Of a DNA stretch of 64,000 bases, positions 19,186 through 29,572 are shown one piece after another; positions within the stretch are counted from its first letter, which is position 1; the number at the start of each line of letters is the position of its first letter. Location of the stretch: positions 1,538 through 65,537 of the forward strand of contig JAMXAE010000001.1 in NCBI GenBank assembly GCA_024281695.1, given 5' to 3'. This DNA is from Nitrosomonas sp. (GTDB taxonomy: Bacteria > Pseudomonadota > Gammaproteobacteria > Burkholderiales > Nitrosomonadaceae). Both the position numbers and the translations under genes were made by a program. The notes under the pieces were generated by a model. The model saw only the letters and a program-made list of their open reading frames with translations, had not been told where the DNA came from and ran no database searches.

Positions 19186-21162
19186 TTAAGATAGCACGCT
19201 AAAATGTAACATCATGCCCATATCTTCATGCTCAACGAGATGGCAATGGTAGACATAATCACCGGTATAGCCTGGTGGGAAATAAACCAATAATTCCAGC
19301 AACTCATTCGATTGTACACGCACGGTGTCATGGCGAGAGATACCATCAAACGCTAAGGCATTGGCCACTTTAGGAATGAAGGTTCCGGTTCCATCCAGTT
19401 CCCAGCGGCGAGTTACCGTAAAGTTAACTAGGTGGATATGAAACGGGTGCATATCTACAACGTCATTGACCACGGGTTGAGCGTTTCCTATATTTGCAAT
19501 GTACCAACGCTCATAAGTACCTGCTTTGGGTATAAACGTTGGTGCGTGTAAAGCAGGATATCCATGTCCGGGGGTAATCATTGGTGGAGGGTCCGCTTGG
19601 AAAAATGTGGCACGAAAAATAACGTAAGAATGATCAATTCCTGGATTACCCGGCATCGGATTGGAACCGGCAGTGTCGACACTAAATGGCAAATTCCAGG
19701 TCGGAGCAATTCCATCAGAAGGGCCTAATTCCCACATTTGCACATCTTTCCAGGCCGTTAATGGGTTTGTAGTTGGAGCACCGGTATTATTCATTAGCAA
19801 TACAAATCGATTGCGCGCAATTACAGCTTTAGATGGTATTGCCTGCAATACTCCGCTGGTTACGGCAAAATTCTCGTCGTCAGCATTTGCAGACAAAATG
19901 GTATCGAGCTTTACAATATCTAACGCGGATTCTGCGGGTTGCTGACCGATGCAAAATTGCATAATGTTGGCCTGCCCTAGCTTGAGAGCATTATTCAAGG
20001 AGGGATCCGTATCATTCAATGGTTTTAAAACGGATAGGCTATCTGATTGAAAAATTCCCTCAAGCCCTGGATCATTCATCGTTGATGCAACGGCCAAATT
20101 GACCAGTCGAAGACATTCCACATGGGTAATCGCCGTGCCTGTTAGATCGAGCAAGATATCTATACGCTCTCCTGGCGCAATGAGTAAGTAATCATGACTA
20201 TTCAAAGGGACAGATTGGGTAAATAAGCCGCCATCATTACCAATAACGCGCATACAATCACTGAACCATAATCGCGAACTATTGGCACTGTTAGCCCAAC
20301 AGAAGGGGTCAATTAAGGCTAGTGCATAGGTGCGCGCATTGGAGCCATTTAAGATACGTAAGCGATAAATTGACCGGTCGACATGATGAAAAGGCGTTGC
20401 GCGACCATTGACGAAAATTGTTTCACCTAGAAACTCGGGACGAAAATAACCATCAGGTGCTAAATTAGGATTAGCGGAATCAGTTGGTATTCCACTCCAG
20501 TAATCCATTTTCTCGTAACCACATGCTAAGTTTTTATCCTGGATTACCAAGGGGATTTCTTTGTCGGCGCCACCAATGAGCGTAAAAATATCGGTATCGG
20601 AATTGTCGCGAATGAAATAAAGTCCCGCTAACCCCGCATATACTTGCGGCGCGGTATTATCCATAGCATGATCATGGAACCAAAGCATTGCAGCACGCTG
20701 ATCGTTCGGATAATCATAAGTTCTTTGGGTTGGAAGACCGTAGGGATTGTCCATGTAACCTACCGGATTTAAAGGCCATCCATCAGCATCATGCGGAACT
20801 TTTGCACCATGAAGATGTGTCACAATGCCCACCGAAGGTTGCATAGCCGAATCCATGGGCTTTGAATTGATGGGCGGTGCTTCCTGCATATCCGGCATCA
20901 TTGGCATTGCATTAAGCGTGTTGATCCAATCAACTCTGCAGGGAGAGCCCGTTTGTACATTAATAATAGGCCCTAAGTAGTTGTCGCGAACTCTGAAACC
21001 TGGTGGCTGAGGAAAGAAAACACTTTTGTAAATCCAAGCATTTTCTTGAGCTGGTAAAACATGATTGGCGAGCTTGACTTTGCGTTTCTCAATCTGAATC
21101 TTGATGGTTGCCGGATGATTTATAACGGATAGTCCGGCCAAAGGTAACTCATTCTCGAACAT
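19186..21162 (-). CDS. Multicopper oxidase (CotA/bilirubin-oxidase/laccase-like)
   Basis: All four Cu motifs: THLHG, WFHDHAM, HPFHIHL, YHCHLVEHEDMGMM. ATG at 21162 follows AGGAG. Confidence 0.93.
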   Translation of the reverse strand: MFENELPLAGLSVINHPATIKIQIEKRKVKLANHVLPAQENAWIYKSVFFPQPPGFRVRDNYLGPIINVQTGSPCRVDWINTLNAMPMMPDMQEAPPINSKPMDSAMQPSVGIVTHLHGAKVPHDADGWPLNPVGYMDNPYGLPTQRTYDYPNDQRAAMLWFHDHAMDNTAPQVYAGLAGLYFIRDNSDTDIFTLIGGADKEIPLVIQDKNLACGYEKMDYWSGIPTDSANPNLAPDGYFRPEFLGETIFVNGRATPFHHVDRSIYRLRILNGSNARTYALALIDPFCWANSANSSRLWFSDCMRVIGNDGGLFTQSVPLNSHDYLLIAPGERIDILLDLTGTAITHVECLRLVNLAVASTMNDPGLEGIFQSDSLSVLKPLNDTDPSLNNALKLGQANIMQFCIGQQPAESALDIVKLDTILSANADDENFAVTSGVLQAIPSKAVIARNRFVLLMNNTGAPTTNPLTAWKDVQMWELGPSDGIAPTWNLPFSVDTAGSNPMPGNPGIDHSYVIFRATFFQADPPPMITPGHGYPALHAPTFIPKAGTYERWYIANIGNAQPVVNDVVDMHPFHIHLVNFTVTRRWELDGTGTFIPKVANALAFDGISRHDTVRVQSNELLELLVYFPPGYTGDYVYHCHLVEHEDMGMMLHFSVLS

Positions 21163-21385
21163 TTTAATTCTCCTTTGCATGCATAGATATCTAACTAATA
21201 ATCAGCATTGCAACGATTCCAATTTAAAACTAGGCCAAAAGAATGATACTGTCATACTATTCAAAACGGAGATAATGATCAATCTTTTCGATTTCGTAAA
21301 AATTACTCTTATCTAGTGATTGCTTGAAATAGCACATTATTAGACATACTTATTCTTAGCGTTTAAATTCATAAAATACGCAATA

Positions 21386-21428
21386 ACAATAACAATTTTT
21401 GAGATCATGTGCTGTGATAATACTCACA
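21386..21428 (-). promoter_or_regulatory. CRP box plus extended -10 (class II promoter) for the oxidase operon
   Basis: TGTGA-TAATAC-TCACA at 21413-21428; 21 nt downstream on the minus strand lies TATTGT (21391-21386), preceded by an extended -10 TG. Confidence 0.7.
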
Positions 21429-21788
21429 GAAATCTACAAAAGAATGTGCTTTGCTATAAAAATTTTGAACGAATCGGAGCAGTTTTTCTGATGATTATCC
21501 AATTTTATTGGGAAGGGCTTTCTAACAAGCTGTATATTTTTTATGGAAAAATTGATAATTAGTCGACCCTGAAAAACTGCGATAAAAGATCGGTTCCAAA
21601 CAAATTTAATTGATGAATAGTGCTGCTGGGCGTGAGCATTTTTATCACCATTTCGACCACAATATATGCAGTAATTTTAACATTCCGGGTCGACAGGATC
21701 ATACATGCCGCAGCATTATTGCTTGATATCAGTTGCTTGGGCGTATTTCTGGAGAGATTATTAGTTAATTATGAAACATTCCCTAAAA

Positions 21789-24700
21789 TTAACTGTGTAG
21801 CTCTGGGTGATCCGGTTTTTTTAGTGATCGACGTATCGGAATTTCTTTAACCAATGCATAGATTGCCGGAAAAATAATCAGTGTCAGGATCGCCGCGGAG
21901 ACCATGCCGCCGACCATCGGGGCGGCGATGCGGCGCATGATTTCGGAGCCGGTGCCGGTGCTGAGCATGACGGGCAGCAGGCCGATGACGCTACCGGCGA
22001 TGGTCATCATGACGGGGCGGATGCGGTAAACGGCGCCCTGGATCACCGCTTCGTACAAATCGGCCAGCGTCACTTTTTCCGTCATCGCTTTGCGTTGCCG
22101 CGCGAGGGTGGTGAGCGACTGATCGATGAAGGTTAGCATCACCATGCCGGATTCTGCGGCGATGCCGATCAGGCCGATGAAACCGACCACGGCGGCGATG
22201 CTCAGGTTGTATTCCAGCCAGTACATCAGCCAGATGCCGCCGACCAGCGAGAACGGTATCGACAACATCACGATCAGCGTTTCGGTCAAGCGGCCAAAGT
22301 TCAGATACACCAGCAGGAACACCAGTGCGATGGTCAGCGGCACGACCAATTTCAGTTTCTCGGTGGCGCGTTGCATGTATTCGAACTGCCCGCTCCAGGT
22401 GGCGTAGTAACCCGGCGGGAATTGCACCTGATCGCGCACGGCTTGTTGCGCATCGGCGATATAGCCGCCGATGTCACGGTCGCGGATATCGACGAAGATA
22501 TACGCGGACAGCAGCGCATTTTCCGTGCGGATACTGGGCGGCCCTTGCACCAGCTTGATTTTCGCCAATTGGCCGAGCGGAATCATCGTGCCACCCATCG
22601 CAGGTACCAGCACTTGCGTGGCGATGGCTTGCGGGTCGCTGCGCAATTCGCGCGGGTAGCGGATCGCCACATCGAAGCGCTCACGTCCCTCCACGGTGGT
22701 GGTGATTGCTTCACCGCCGAGCGCGGCCGAGACGACTTCGAGCAAATCACCGACCGCCAAGCCATAGCGCGCCAGTGCCAAACGATCCGGTTCGATATCG
22801 AGATAATAGCCACCGGTGATACGTTCGGCGTAGGCACTGGCGGTGCCGGGCACAGTTCTCACCACGGCTTCGATTTGTTTCGCGATGGTTTCGATTTCAC
22901 TCAGATTGCTGCCGAACACCTTGATGCCGACCGGCGTGCGGATACCCGTCGCCAGCATGTCGGTGCGGTTCTTGATCGGCATGGTCCAGGCATTCGCGAC
23001 ACCGGGAATTTGCAGCGCTTGATCCAATTCTGCAATTAGTTTGTCGATCGTCATGCCGGGACGCCAGGCACTTTCCGGCTTCAGGTTGATGATGGTTTCG
23101 GTCATCTCCAGCGGAGCCGGATCGGTAGCAGTATCGGCGCGCCCGGCTTTGCCGAACACCGAAGCGACTTCGGGAAAGCCCATGATGATCTTGTTTTGCG
23201 TCTGCATGGTTTCCGCCGCCTTAGTGACTGAAATGCCCGGCAGCGTGACGGGCATATACAGCAACGTGCCTTCGTTCAAGGCTGGCATGAATTCCGTTCC
23301 AAGCTTCATCGCCGGATAAACCGTGGTGCCCAGCACACCCAGCGCGGCCACCAGTATGGATTTCTTCCAACGCATGACCCAACCCACAACCGGCTGGTAC
23401 CAACGGATCATCCAGCGGCCAAGCGGATTATCTTCTTCATGAGGAACACGGCCGCGAATCAGCAGCAGAATCAGCACCGGAACCAGCGTGATGGACAACA
23501 TCGCCGCACCGGCCATGGCAAACGTTTTGGTGTAGGCGAGCGGCTGGAACATGCGCCCTTCCTGCGCTTCCAGCGCGAACACCGGCAGAAACGAGACGGT
23601 AATGATCAGCAGGCTGAAAAACAGCGATGGACCGACTTCCTGGCATGCCGCGATGACGGCATTGACGCGCGATTCGTCCGGCCTTAAGCGGGCCAGATGC
23701 TTGTGCGCGTTTTCCACCATGACGATCGCGGCATCGGTCATTTCCGCAATCGCCAGCGCGATCCCGGCGAGACTCATGATATTGGAATTGATGCCCAGCT
23801 GCGCCATGGCGATGAATGCGATCAGCACGCCGATCGGCAGCATGATGATTGCGACCAGAGCGCTACGCGCATGCATCAGAAAAACCGCGCACACCAGCGC
23901 CACGATGGCGATTTGCTCGATAAACACTTCTTTCAGCGTCGCAATGGCACGATGGATCAGTTCGGCACGATTGTATACCGGCGTTATTGCGACATCCTGC
24001 GGCAGCCCGGATTTGATTTGACCGATTTTCTTTTCCAGATCGTGAATAACGTCCAGCGCATTTTCACCGTAGCGCGCCACCGCGACACCCGACACTGCTT
24101 CGCCTTCGCCATTCAGTTCCGTGATGCCGCGGCGTTCGCCGGGAACCAGCTCGACGCGGGCGACATCGCGCAACAACACCGGTTTGCCGATATGCGCCCT
24201 GACTACCAGATTCTCCAGATCGCTGATGCTTTTCAGATAACCCCGCCCGCGCACCATGTACTCGGTTTCCGCCAGTTCGATCACGCGTCCGCCGACATCG
24301 CGGTTGCTCGCGGCGATCACTTCGGTGATGCGTTTCAATGGGATGTCGTATGCTTGCAGGCGGCGCGGATCGACCGTGATTTGATAGGTTTTGACAAACC
24401 CGCCGACGCTGGCAACTTCCGAGATTCCTTGCGTAGTGGTGAGTTGATAACGCAGGAACCAGTCTTGAATGGTGCGCAATTCGTCCAGCGTGCGATCCTT
24501 GGCTGTCACGACATATTGATAAATCCAGCCGACACCGGTGGCATCCGGGCCAAGCGCAGGGCGTACATCTCGGGGTAACTGGCTGGCGGCAAAATTCAGG
24601 TATTCCAGCACGCGCGAGCGCGCCCAGTAAATATCCGTGCCGTCCTCAAAAATGACATAAATGAACGAAGCGCCGAACGCCGACAAACCGCGCACGACTT

Positions 24701-24938
24701 TTGCCCGCGGCACCGCCAGCATCGCGGTCGTAAGCGGATAGGTGACTTGATCTTCCACCACTTGCGGCGCTTGGCCGGGGTATTCGGTGTAGATGATGAC
24801 TTGCACGTCGGACAGATCCGGGATCGCATCGACCGGCATCTTCCACAGCGCGTAGATTCCCCAGCCTACGATAAACACAGTACCCAGCAACACCAGGAAA
24901 ACATTGCGGATCGACCATTCAATGATGTTCTTCAGCAT
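21789..24938 (-). CDS. cusA: CusA/SilA heavy-metal RND efflux permease
   Basis: DAIPDLSDVQVII.T.YPGQAPQVVEDQVTYPL, GPDATGVGW, AGRADTATDPAPLEM, GTGSEIMRRIAAPMVGG. Confidence 0.95.
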   Translation of the reverse strand: MLKNIIEWSIRNVFLVLLGTVFIVGWGIYALWKMPVDAIPDLSDVQVIIYTEYPGQAPQVVEDQVTYPLTTAMLAVPRAKVVRGLSAFGASFIYVIFEDGTDIYWARSRVLEYLNFAASQLPRDVRPALGPDATGVGWIYQYVVTAKDRTLDELRTIQDWFLRYQLTTTQGISEVASVGGFVKTYQITVDPRRLQAYDIPLKRITEVIAASNRDVGGRVIELAETEYMVRGRGYLKSISDLENLVVRAHIGKPVLLRDVARVELVPGERRGITELNGEGEAVSGVAVARYGENALDVIHDLEKKIGQIKSGLPQDVAITPVYNRAELIHRAIATLKEVFIEQIAIVALVCAVFLMHARSALVAIIMLPIGVLIAFIAMAQLGINSNIMSLAGIALAIAEMTDAAIVMVENAHKHLARLRPDESRVNAVIAACQEVGPSLFFSLLIITVSFLPVFALEAQEGRMFQPLAYTKTFAMAGAAMLSITLVPVLILLLIRGRVPHEEDNPLGRWMIRWYQPVVGWVMRWKKSILVAALGVLGTTVYPAMKLGTEFMPALNEGTLLYMPVTLPGISVTKAAETMQTQNKIIMGFPEVASVFGKAGRADTATDPAPLEMTETIINLKPESAWRPGMTIDKLIAELDQALQIPGVANAWTMPIKNRTDMLATGIRTPVGIKVFGSNLSEIETIAKQIEAVVRTVPGTASAYAERITGGYYLDIEPDRLALARYGLAVGDLLEVVSAALGGEAITTTVEGRERFDVAIRYPRELRSDPQAIATQVLVPAMGGTMIPLGQLAKIKLVQGPPSIRTENALLSAYIFVDIRDRDIGGYIADAQQAVRDQVQFPPGYYATWSGQFEYMQRATEKLKLVVPLTIALVFLLVYLNFGRLTETLIVMLSIPFSLVGGIWLMYWLEYNLSIAAVVGFIGLIGIAAESGMVMLTFIDQSLTTLARQRKAMTEKVTLADLYEAVIQGAVYRIRPVMMTIAGSVIGLLPVMLSTGTGSEIMRRIAAPMVGGMVSAAILTLIIFPAIYALVKEIPIRRSLKKPDHPELHS

Positions 24939-24949
24939 GTCAGGGTCTC

Positions 24950-26536
24950 CTAGTGATCGTGAAAGGAGTCTGCCGGTTGAATGCGCACAATCACAAACTC
25001 ACCGGCCGGTTCTTCGGCGATTTCAAAGACAACTTTCTGACCCGGCTTGAACGATTGCAGCAATGCTGCTTGCTGAACGCGAAAATCCATCGTCATCGCC
25101 GGCCACTTCAAGCTTTCAATCGGACCATGCGCGAGCGTGACCGTCGCATGCGCGAAATCGAGCGCCTCAATCTTACCTTCACCGCGGTATCGCACTTGCG
25201 CCGGGGACAAAGCCGTTGAACTGGACGTGATTTCTTGCGCCTCGGACACGGGATAATAGGTATTGTGACCAAAGCTGTTGAGCGCGCTTTTAAAATTGCT
25301 CTCCGCATCGATCAGAAAATTCGCCTTGACCACTACCGCTTCTCCGCTTCGAAGACCGCCCAGCACCTCGGTGTAACCATCGGCGTGCATACCGAGCTTC
25401 ACCGTGCGCGGCTCATAGCGGCCAGCACCAAGATCGACCAGAACCACCCGGCGGGTGCCGGTATCCAGCACGGCAGAATCCGGCACGGTCAGAACTTTAT
25501 TTTTACTGTGAAACGATGCGAATTCGACATGCGCATACATGGCAGGCTTCAGTTTTCCATCTGGATTGGGGAGCTCGATACGCACGCTGGCGGTACGTGT
25601 CTCTGGTGTGATTTGCGGATAAACAAAGGCTACTTTTCCGTTAAAAACTTTATCGGGATATGCATCGATGCGGATCGTGACCAACTGGCCAGGATGGATC
25701 ATGCCGAGATCTTGCTCGAACACATCGGCGAGCAGCCACACGCTCGACAAATCGGCCATTTCGTATAATATTTCTCCCGGCATCATGCGCTGTCCGGCTA
25801 CAGCTTTCTTTTCCAATACCACGCCATCCGCCTTGGCGCGCAGTGCCAGATACTGCTGCATGTCGCCGCTCTGCTGCAAGCGCTGTATTTCAGTTTCCGC
25901 GATATCCCAGTTGCGCAGTTTCTGCAATGCGCTGGCAACCAGGCGCTGCATTGCCACGCGCGTTTGCGCGTCGGCATCAGCGACCGCCTGCAATCCTCTG
26001 GCTGCGATCAAGTATTCCTGCTGTGCGGTAATCAGCTCGGGACTGTAGATATCCATCAAGGCATCGCCTTTTCTGACGGTTTGCCCGGTGGCATTGACAT
26101 GCAGCCGGTGAACCCAGCCTTCGAATTTGGTCACCACGGTGTACTGGGTGCGTTCATCGGGCTGAATCGTCGCCACCGCGCGCACCGTGCGTATCAGCTC
26201 GCGCAACGCCGCAGCTTCGGTGCGCACCCCCAGTTTTTGCACTTTTTCCGTGCTGATGGTGACAACATTCTGTTCTGCAGACGGCTCTTCACCAGCATAA
26301 ACCGGCAAATAATCCATCCCCATGGAATCTTTCTTTGGGACTGGAGAAGTGTCGGGCAGCCCCATCGGGTTGCGGTAATACAGCACTTTTCGCTCTCCAT
26401 TTACGGCCTGTGGTACGGTGATTCCGGCGTCTGGCGGAGATTGTGTTTTACCCCACCAGTAACCTGCGGCCAATGTGGCGATCAGCACAATTGCAGCGCT
26501 GATTTTCTGAGCGGTAGATTGCATAGAAAGCTCCAT
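24950..26536 (-). CDS. cusB: CusB membrane-fusion protein with N-terminal heavy-metal-binding domain and C-terminal CusF domain
   Basis: YYRNPMG..SPVPKKDSMGMD, MFP core, NFLIDAES, C-terminal AHGPIESLKWPAMTMDF. Confidence 0.92.
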   Translation of the reverse strand: MELSMQSTAQKISAAIVLIATLAAGYWWGKTQSPPDAGITVPQAVNGERKVLYYRNPMGLPDTSPVPKKDSMGMDYLPVYAGEEPSAEQNVVTISTEKVQKLGVRTEAAALRELIRTVRAVATIQPDERTQYTVVTKFEGWVHRLHVNATGQTVRKGDALMDIYSPELITAQQEYLIAARGLQAVADADAQTRVAMQRLVASALQKLRNWDIAETEIQRLQQSGDMQQYLALRAKADGVVLEKKAVAGQRMMPGEILYEMADLSSVWLLADVFEQDLGMIHPGQLVTIRIDAYPDKVFNGKVAFVYPQITPETRTASVRIELPNPDGKLKPAMYAHVEFASFHSKNKVLTVPDSAVLDTGTRRVVLVDLGAGRYEPRTVKLGMHADGYTEVLGGLRSGEAVVVKANFLIDAESNFKSALNSFGHNTYYPVSEAQEITSSSTALSPAQVRYRGEGKIEALDFAHATVTLAHGPIESLKWPAMTMDFRVQQAALLQSFKPGQKVVFEIAEEPAGEFVIVRIQPADSFHDH

Positions 26537-26548
26537 GATCGTTATCTG

Positions 26549-27892
26549 TTAGTGTTGCTTCTTGCCAATCAGAAAATCGATCTCTGCCAGCGCCTTATTG
26601 TAATTTGCGATCGCGGTAATCAGATTGGTTTCATAGTCGAATACTGTCATCTGGTTATCCAGCACGGTCAGAAAATCAACCCGGTTTACTTGATAGGCCG
26701 CCAGCGCGGATTCAACGGTTAGCTTTGCCTGCGGCAGAATAGCGGTCTGATAGAGTTTGACCGATTTCAGGCTTTGTTCGGCCATGGCAATCTGCTGGCG
26801 CAGTTTTGCCGCGATGTCATTACGTTGCGCTTGATACAAACTGATTGCCTGGTCGAGCATGGCTTGCGATTCCATGATGCGCGGCTCGATTTTGTTGCTA
26901 CGCCACACCGGCAAGTTGACGGCCACGGTCATACTGACCATGTCGTCACGCCGCATACTGCCCAGTGTGTTATCGCGCTGACCGTACGATACGCGCACAT
27001 CGAAATCCGGGTAGTACGCCTTGCGTGCCAGATCGGCCGATTTCTCATTGCGTGCAATCAGACTCTGCAACGCCAGCAATTGCGGACGTTGCGCCCAAGC
27101 CTCTTGTTGCAACGCTTCCAGCAGCAAAGGCGTTTCGTGAATTTGCAAAAATACTGGCGCCGGAATCTCACCGCGCGTGTTACGCCCCAGTGCGCGAATG
27201 AGTTCGGCTTCAAATGCCGGTTGCTCGCGCTCGAGTCCCAACAATCTATCCAGCATTCTCGATACTTGCGTCTGCGCTTTCAGCACATCGGCCTGATTGC
27301 TCTCTCCAACTTGATAGCGCGCCTCAGCCATGCGCAGAAAGTGTTCCAGTGTTTGCTTGTTTTTTTCAACCAGCTTGATCATTTCCAGCGTAAGCCCAAG
27401 ATCAAAGTAGGCTGTTTTCAGATCATGCACGACACGGTTAACCGTTTCATGGTAGCCCTGCTCAATGGCTTCCGCATCCTTGCTGGCGACCTCTTTGCGC
27501 AAACCGCGTTTACCGGGAAACGGCAAGCGTTGGGAAAGACCGATCATTTTCATCGTCATATCCTCGCGGTTAAACGGTGACGATGCCAATGGCGCATTGA
27601 TTACGCCCGCTTCGAGCATCGGATCGTCCAGCGCTTCCGCCGGTGCGATGCGTTGGCGGGCTGCTTCGCGCTCTAGGTATGCCGCCTGGATTTCAGGATT
27701 ATTTTGCAGAGCTTCTGCAAGCAAATCCGGGAGTAATGTCACGTTGTGAGCGTTGGATATTGTCAAAGCTGCTTTTGCGGTAGATTGAGCAAAAATGGTT
27801 GTGTCAGCTTTGTTGGGGGCATTTTCCTGTCCATTAGCATGGGCTGCAGTAGTGACAAGAAAAGCGATCACGATTATGCCAGATGAGTTCAA
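26549..27892 (-). CDS. cusC: TolC-family outer-membrane efflux protein (CusC/CzcC-like)
   Basis: ALQNNPEIQAA, LSQRLPFPGKRGLR, OEP repeats; first structural gene of the CBA operon. Confidence 0.88.
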   Translation of the reverse strand: MNSSGIIVIAFLVTTAAHANGQENAPNKADTTIFAQSTAKAALTISNAHNVTLLPDLLAEALQNNPEIQAAYLEREAARQRIAPAEALDDPMLEAGVINAPLASSPFNREDMTMKMIGLSQRLPFPGKRGLRKEVASKDAEAIEQGYHETVNRVVHDLKTAYFDLGLTLEMIKLVEKNKQTLEHFLRMAEARYQVGESNQADVLKAQTQVSRMLDRLLGLEREQPAFEAELIRALGRNTRGEIPAPVFLQIHETPLLLEALQQEAWAQRPQLLALQSLIARNEKSADLARKAYYPDFDVRVSYGQRDNTLGSMRRDDMVSMTVAVNLPVWRSNKIEPRIMESQAMLDQAISLYQAQRNDIAAKLRQQIAMAEQSLKSVKLYQTAILPQAKLTVESALAAYQVNRVDFLTVLDNQMTVFDYETNLITAIANYNKALAEIDFLIGKKQH

Positions 27893-28112
27893 TGCGATCC
27901 CCTCACAAAATAGTTTGTTTGTTGTATTAGCGATACCGTAATGACGAATGAAAGGAACATGCTGGTTTCCTGATATGAAATATCACCCAATCTGTCTGTG
28001 ATGAACAGAGGGTTTTTTATAGATTGAGGCATTGTAAAACCTTTTCTAACAACTGCTTAGGTGCAATGCCATTCAGGTAAAACGATTCTTTGCCCAGACT
28101 ACAAGCGGATTT

Positions 28113-28496
28113 TTAGTATAGAGATGAAATAAGTGGTGGATGCTGAGGTTGCTCAGGTATAAATGAGGTAAAACCAGAATTAAATGAAGTAATAGCAGAA
28201 GTATTACTAGTTAGGACGGGTGCAGGATTGTTCACCGGAATCGGTGTATTGCTGTATGTCTCACAAGAAGAATCATCGCATGGCAGGCTCGCTATCAAAC
28301 GATCGGTTGGATTATTAGCCGATTGTTTGTGGCAATCGTCATGATGGTGACTCTCCATTGCCATCATTGTTATATCGTGATGCTTACTTAAATCTTTTTC
28401 CTGTGCGCACACTGATAAAACCGCTGAAGCAACGCCTTGCAGCGGAAGCCACAGTATGAAAAAAACCAATATCCATTTGTATTTGTATATTTTCAT
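28113..28496 (-). CDS. CopL/CutF-like metal-binding leader protein
   Basis: Signal/TM segment, Met/His-rich HHDITMMAMESHHHDDC, CDDSSC, C-terminal FIPEQPQHPP; upstream of cusCBA. Confidence 0.65.
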   Translation of the reverse strand: MKIYKYKWILVFFILWLPLQGVASAVLSVCAQEKDLSKHHDITMMAMESHHHDDCHKQSANNPTDRLIASLPCDDSSCETYSNTPIPVNNPAPVLTSNTSAITSFNSGFTSFIPEQPQHPPLISSLY

Positions 28497-28568
28497 ATTT
28501 TTATTATAAACAATTTCCAGCTTATCGCTAGAAAAATTGTCTACATTCAGTTATGAATACATCAATGA

Positions 28569-28615
28569 TTGCATCGAGAAGATTATTCAATTACAATATT
28601 TGCAACAATGTTGCG
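28569..28615 (+). promoter_or_regulatory. Sigma70 promoter with putative Zur operator
   Basis: TTGCAT(28569)-17 nt-TACAAT(28592), followed by the palindrome TGCAAC-AAT-GTTGCG (28601-28615) at the predicted start site. Confidence 0.65.
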
Positions 28616-28626
28616 TTTATTGATCT

Positions 28627-29049
28627 ATGCTGAATAAATTTCATAATATTGCTGAAGACATGATTCGACATAGCGGTGGTCGGGCAACTTCGGGCAGAAT
28701 TCAAATACTGGCCATTTTGTTATCAGAATGGCAAGCGATTACACACCGGGAAATTGAGAAACGTTTACTGAAAACGTTGCAATTGGATCGAGTAACTTTA
28801 TATCGTGCACTTGAATGGCTTGCCGAGAAAAGTTTGATCCATAAAGTAACCAGTGGGGATCGTGTTTGGCGTTTTCACGCTAATCGTGAATTGCATTCAC
28901 ATCAACATGCGCACTTTAAATGCACGTGTTGCGCACAAGTTATTTGTCTGGATAACTTACCTGCTGAGCGTAATTGGTCTTTACCAACCGGTTATCAATT
29001 GCAGGAAATTGAATTAACGGTAAAAGGTATTTGTGTTCATTGTGGTTAA
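28627..29049 (+). CDS. zur: Fur-family regulator, probably Zur
   Basis: RAT..R..IL, DRVTLYRALEWL, HSHQHAHFKCTCC, C-terminal GICVHC; heads the locus containing a ZnuD-like receptor. Confidence 0.8.
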   Translation: MLNKFHNIAEDMIRHSGGRATSGRIQILAILLSEWQAITHREIEKRLLKTLQLDRVTLYRALEWLAEKSLIHKVTSGDRVWRFHANRELHSHQHAHFKCTCCAQVICLDNLPAERNWSLPTGYQLQEIELTVKGICVHCG

Positions 29050-29107
29050 ATTTGCGATAAGAAGAATCGAATGATCTCGTCTGGTTATAAATCGATCTGA
29101 ATCTCTA

Positions 29108-29440
29108 ATGATACGCAAAACCTTATATCTGATTTTGGCGTTAGCATTATTATCTGTGCCGATCTTTTTGATGGCGCATGCTTTTACGCATTATGCTCAG
29201 GTCGATGTGCTGAATATCGATACTGAGAGTGATGATGCCGATTTGGATGAAATATGCTTTGAATGTCTTGCACTCACGGGACTGACCATCATTCTCATCA
29301 GTTCAGAGCTTTTCCTGAGCGATTTAGCGGCTTACCTTCGATTATCATGGTTAGCGACCCAGCATTACTCTATCAATGAATCCTTCTCTTATCATTCACG
29401 TGCACCACCCTTTACTTCCTCTAATTTTTTAAGTTATTAA
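29108..29440 (+). CDS. DUF2946/CruR-like leader protein (CxxC + RAPP)
   Basis: N-terminal TM, HxxxH, CFEC, C-terminal YHSRAPP; precedes a TonB-dependent receptor. Confidence 0.72.
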   Translation: MIRKTLYLILALALLSVPIFLMAHAFTHYAQVDVLNIDTESDDADLDEICFECLALTGLTIILISSELFLSDLAAYLRLSWLATQHYSINESFSYHSRAPPFTSSNFLSY

Positions 29441-29572
29441 TCATAAGCTGAATGAATCAGTTTTGAGCAATCGATTGATTGCCTTGATTCATGTCTGTTT
29501 TCTATGAGTAATCAGCTTCATTAATGTAATTGAGCTGCATAGCAAGCACCCTATTTAAATTGGAAGGGTTGC

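Noticed and set aside
22126-27749. Many 60-290 aa plus-strand ORFs opposite cusCBA
   Set aside because: Antisense shadows in the GC-rich segment.
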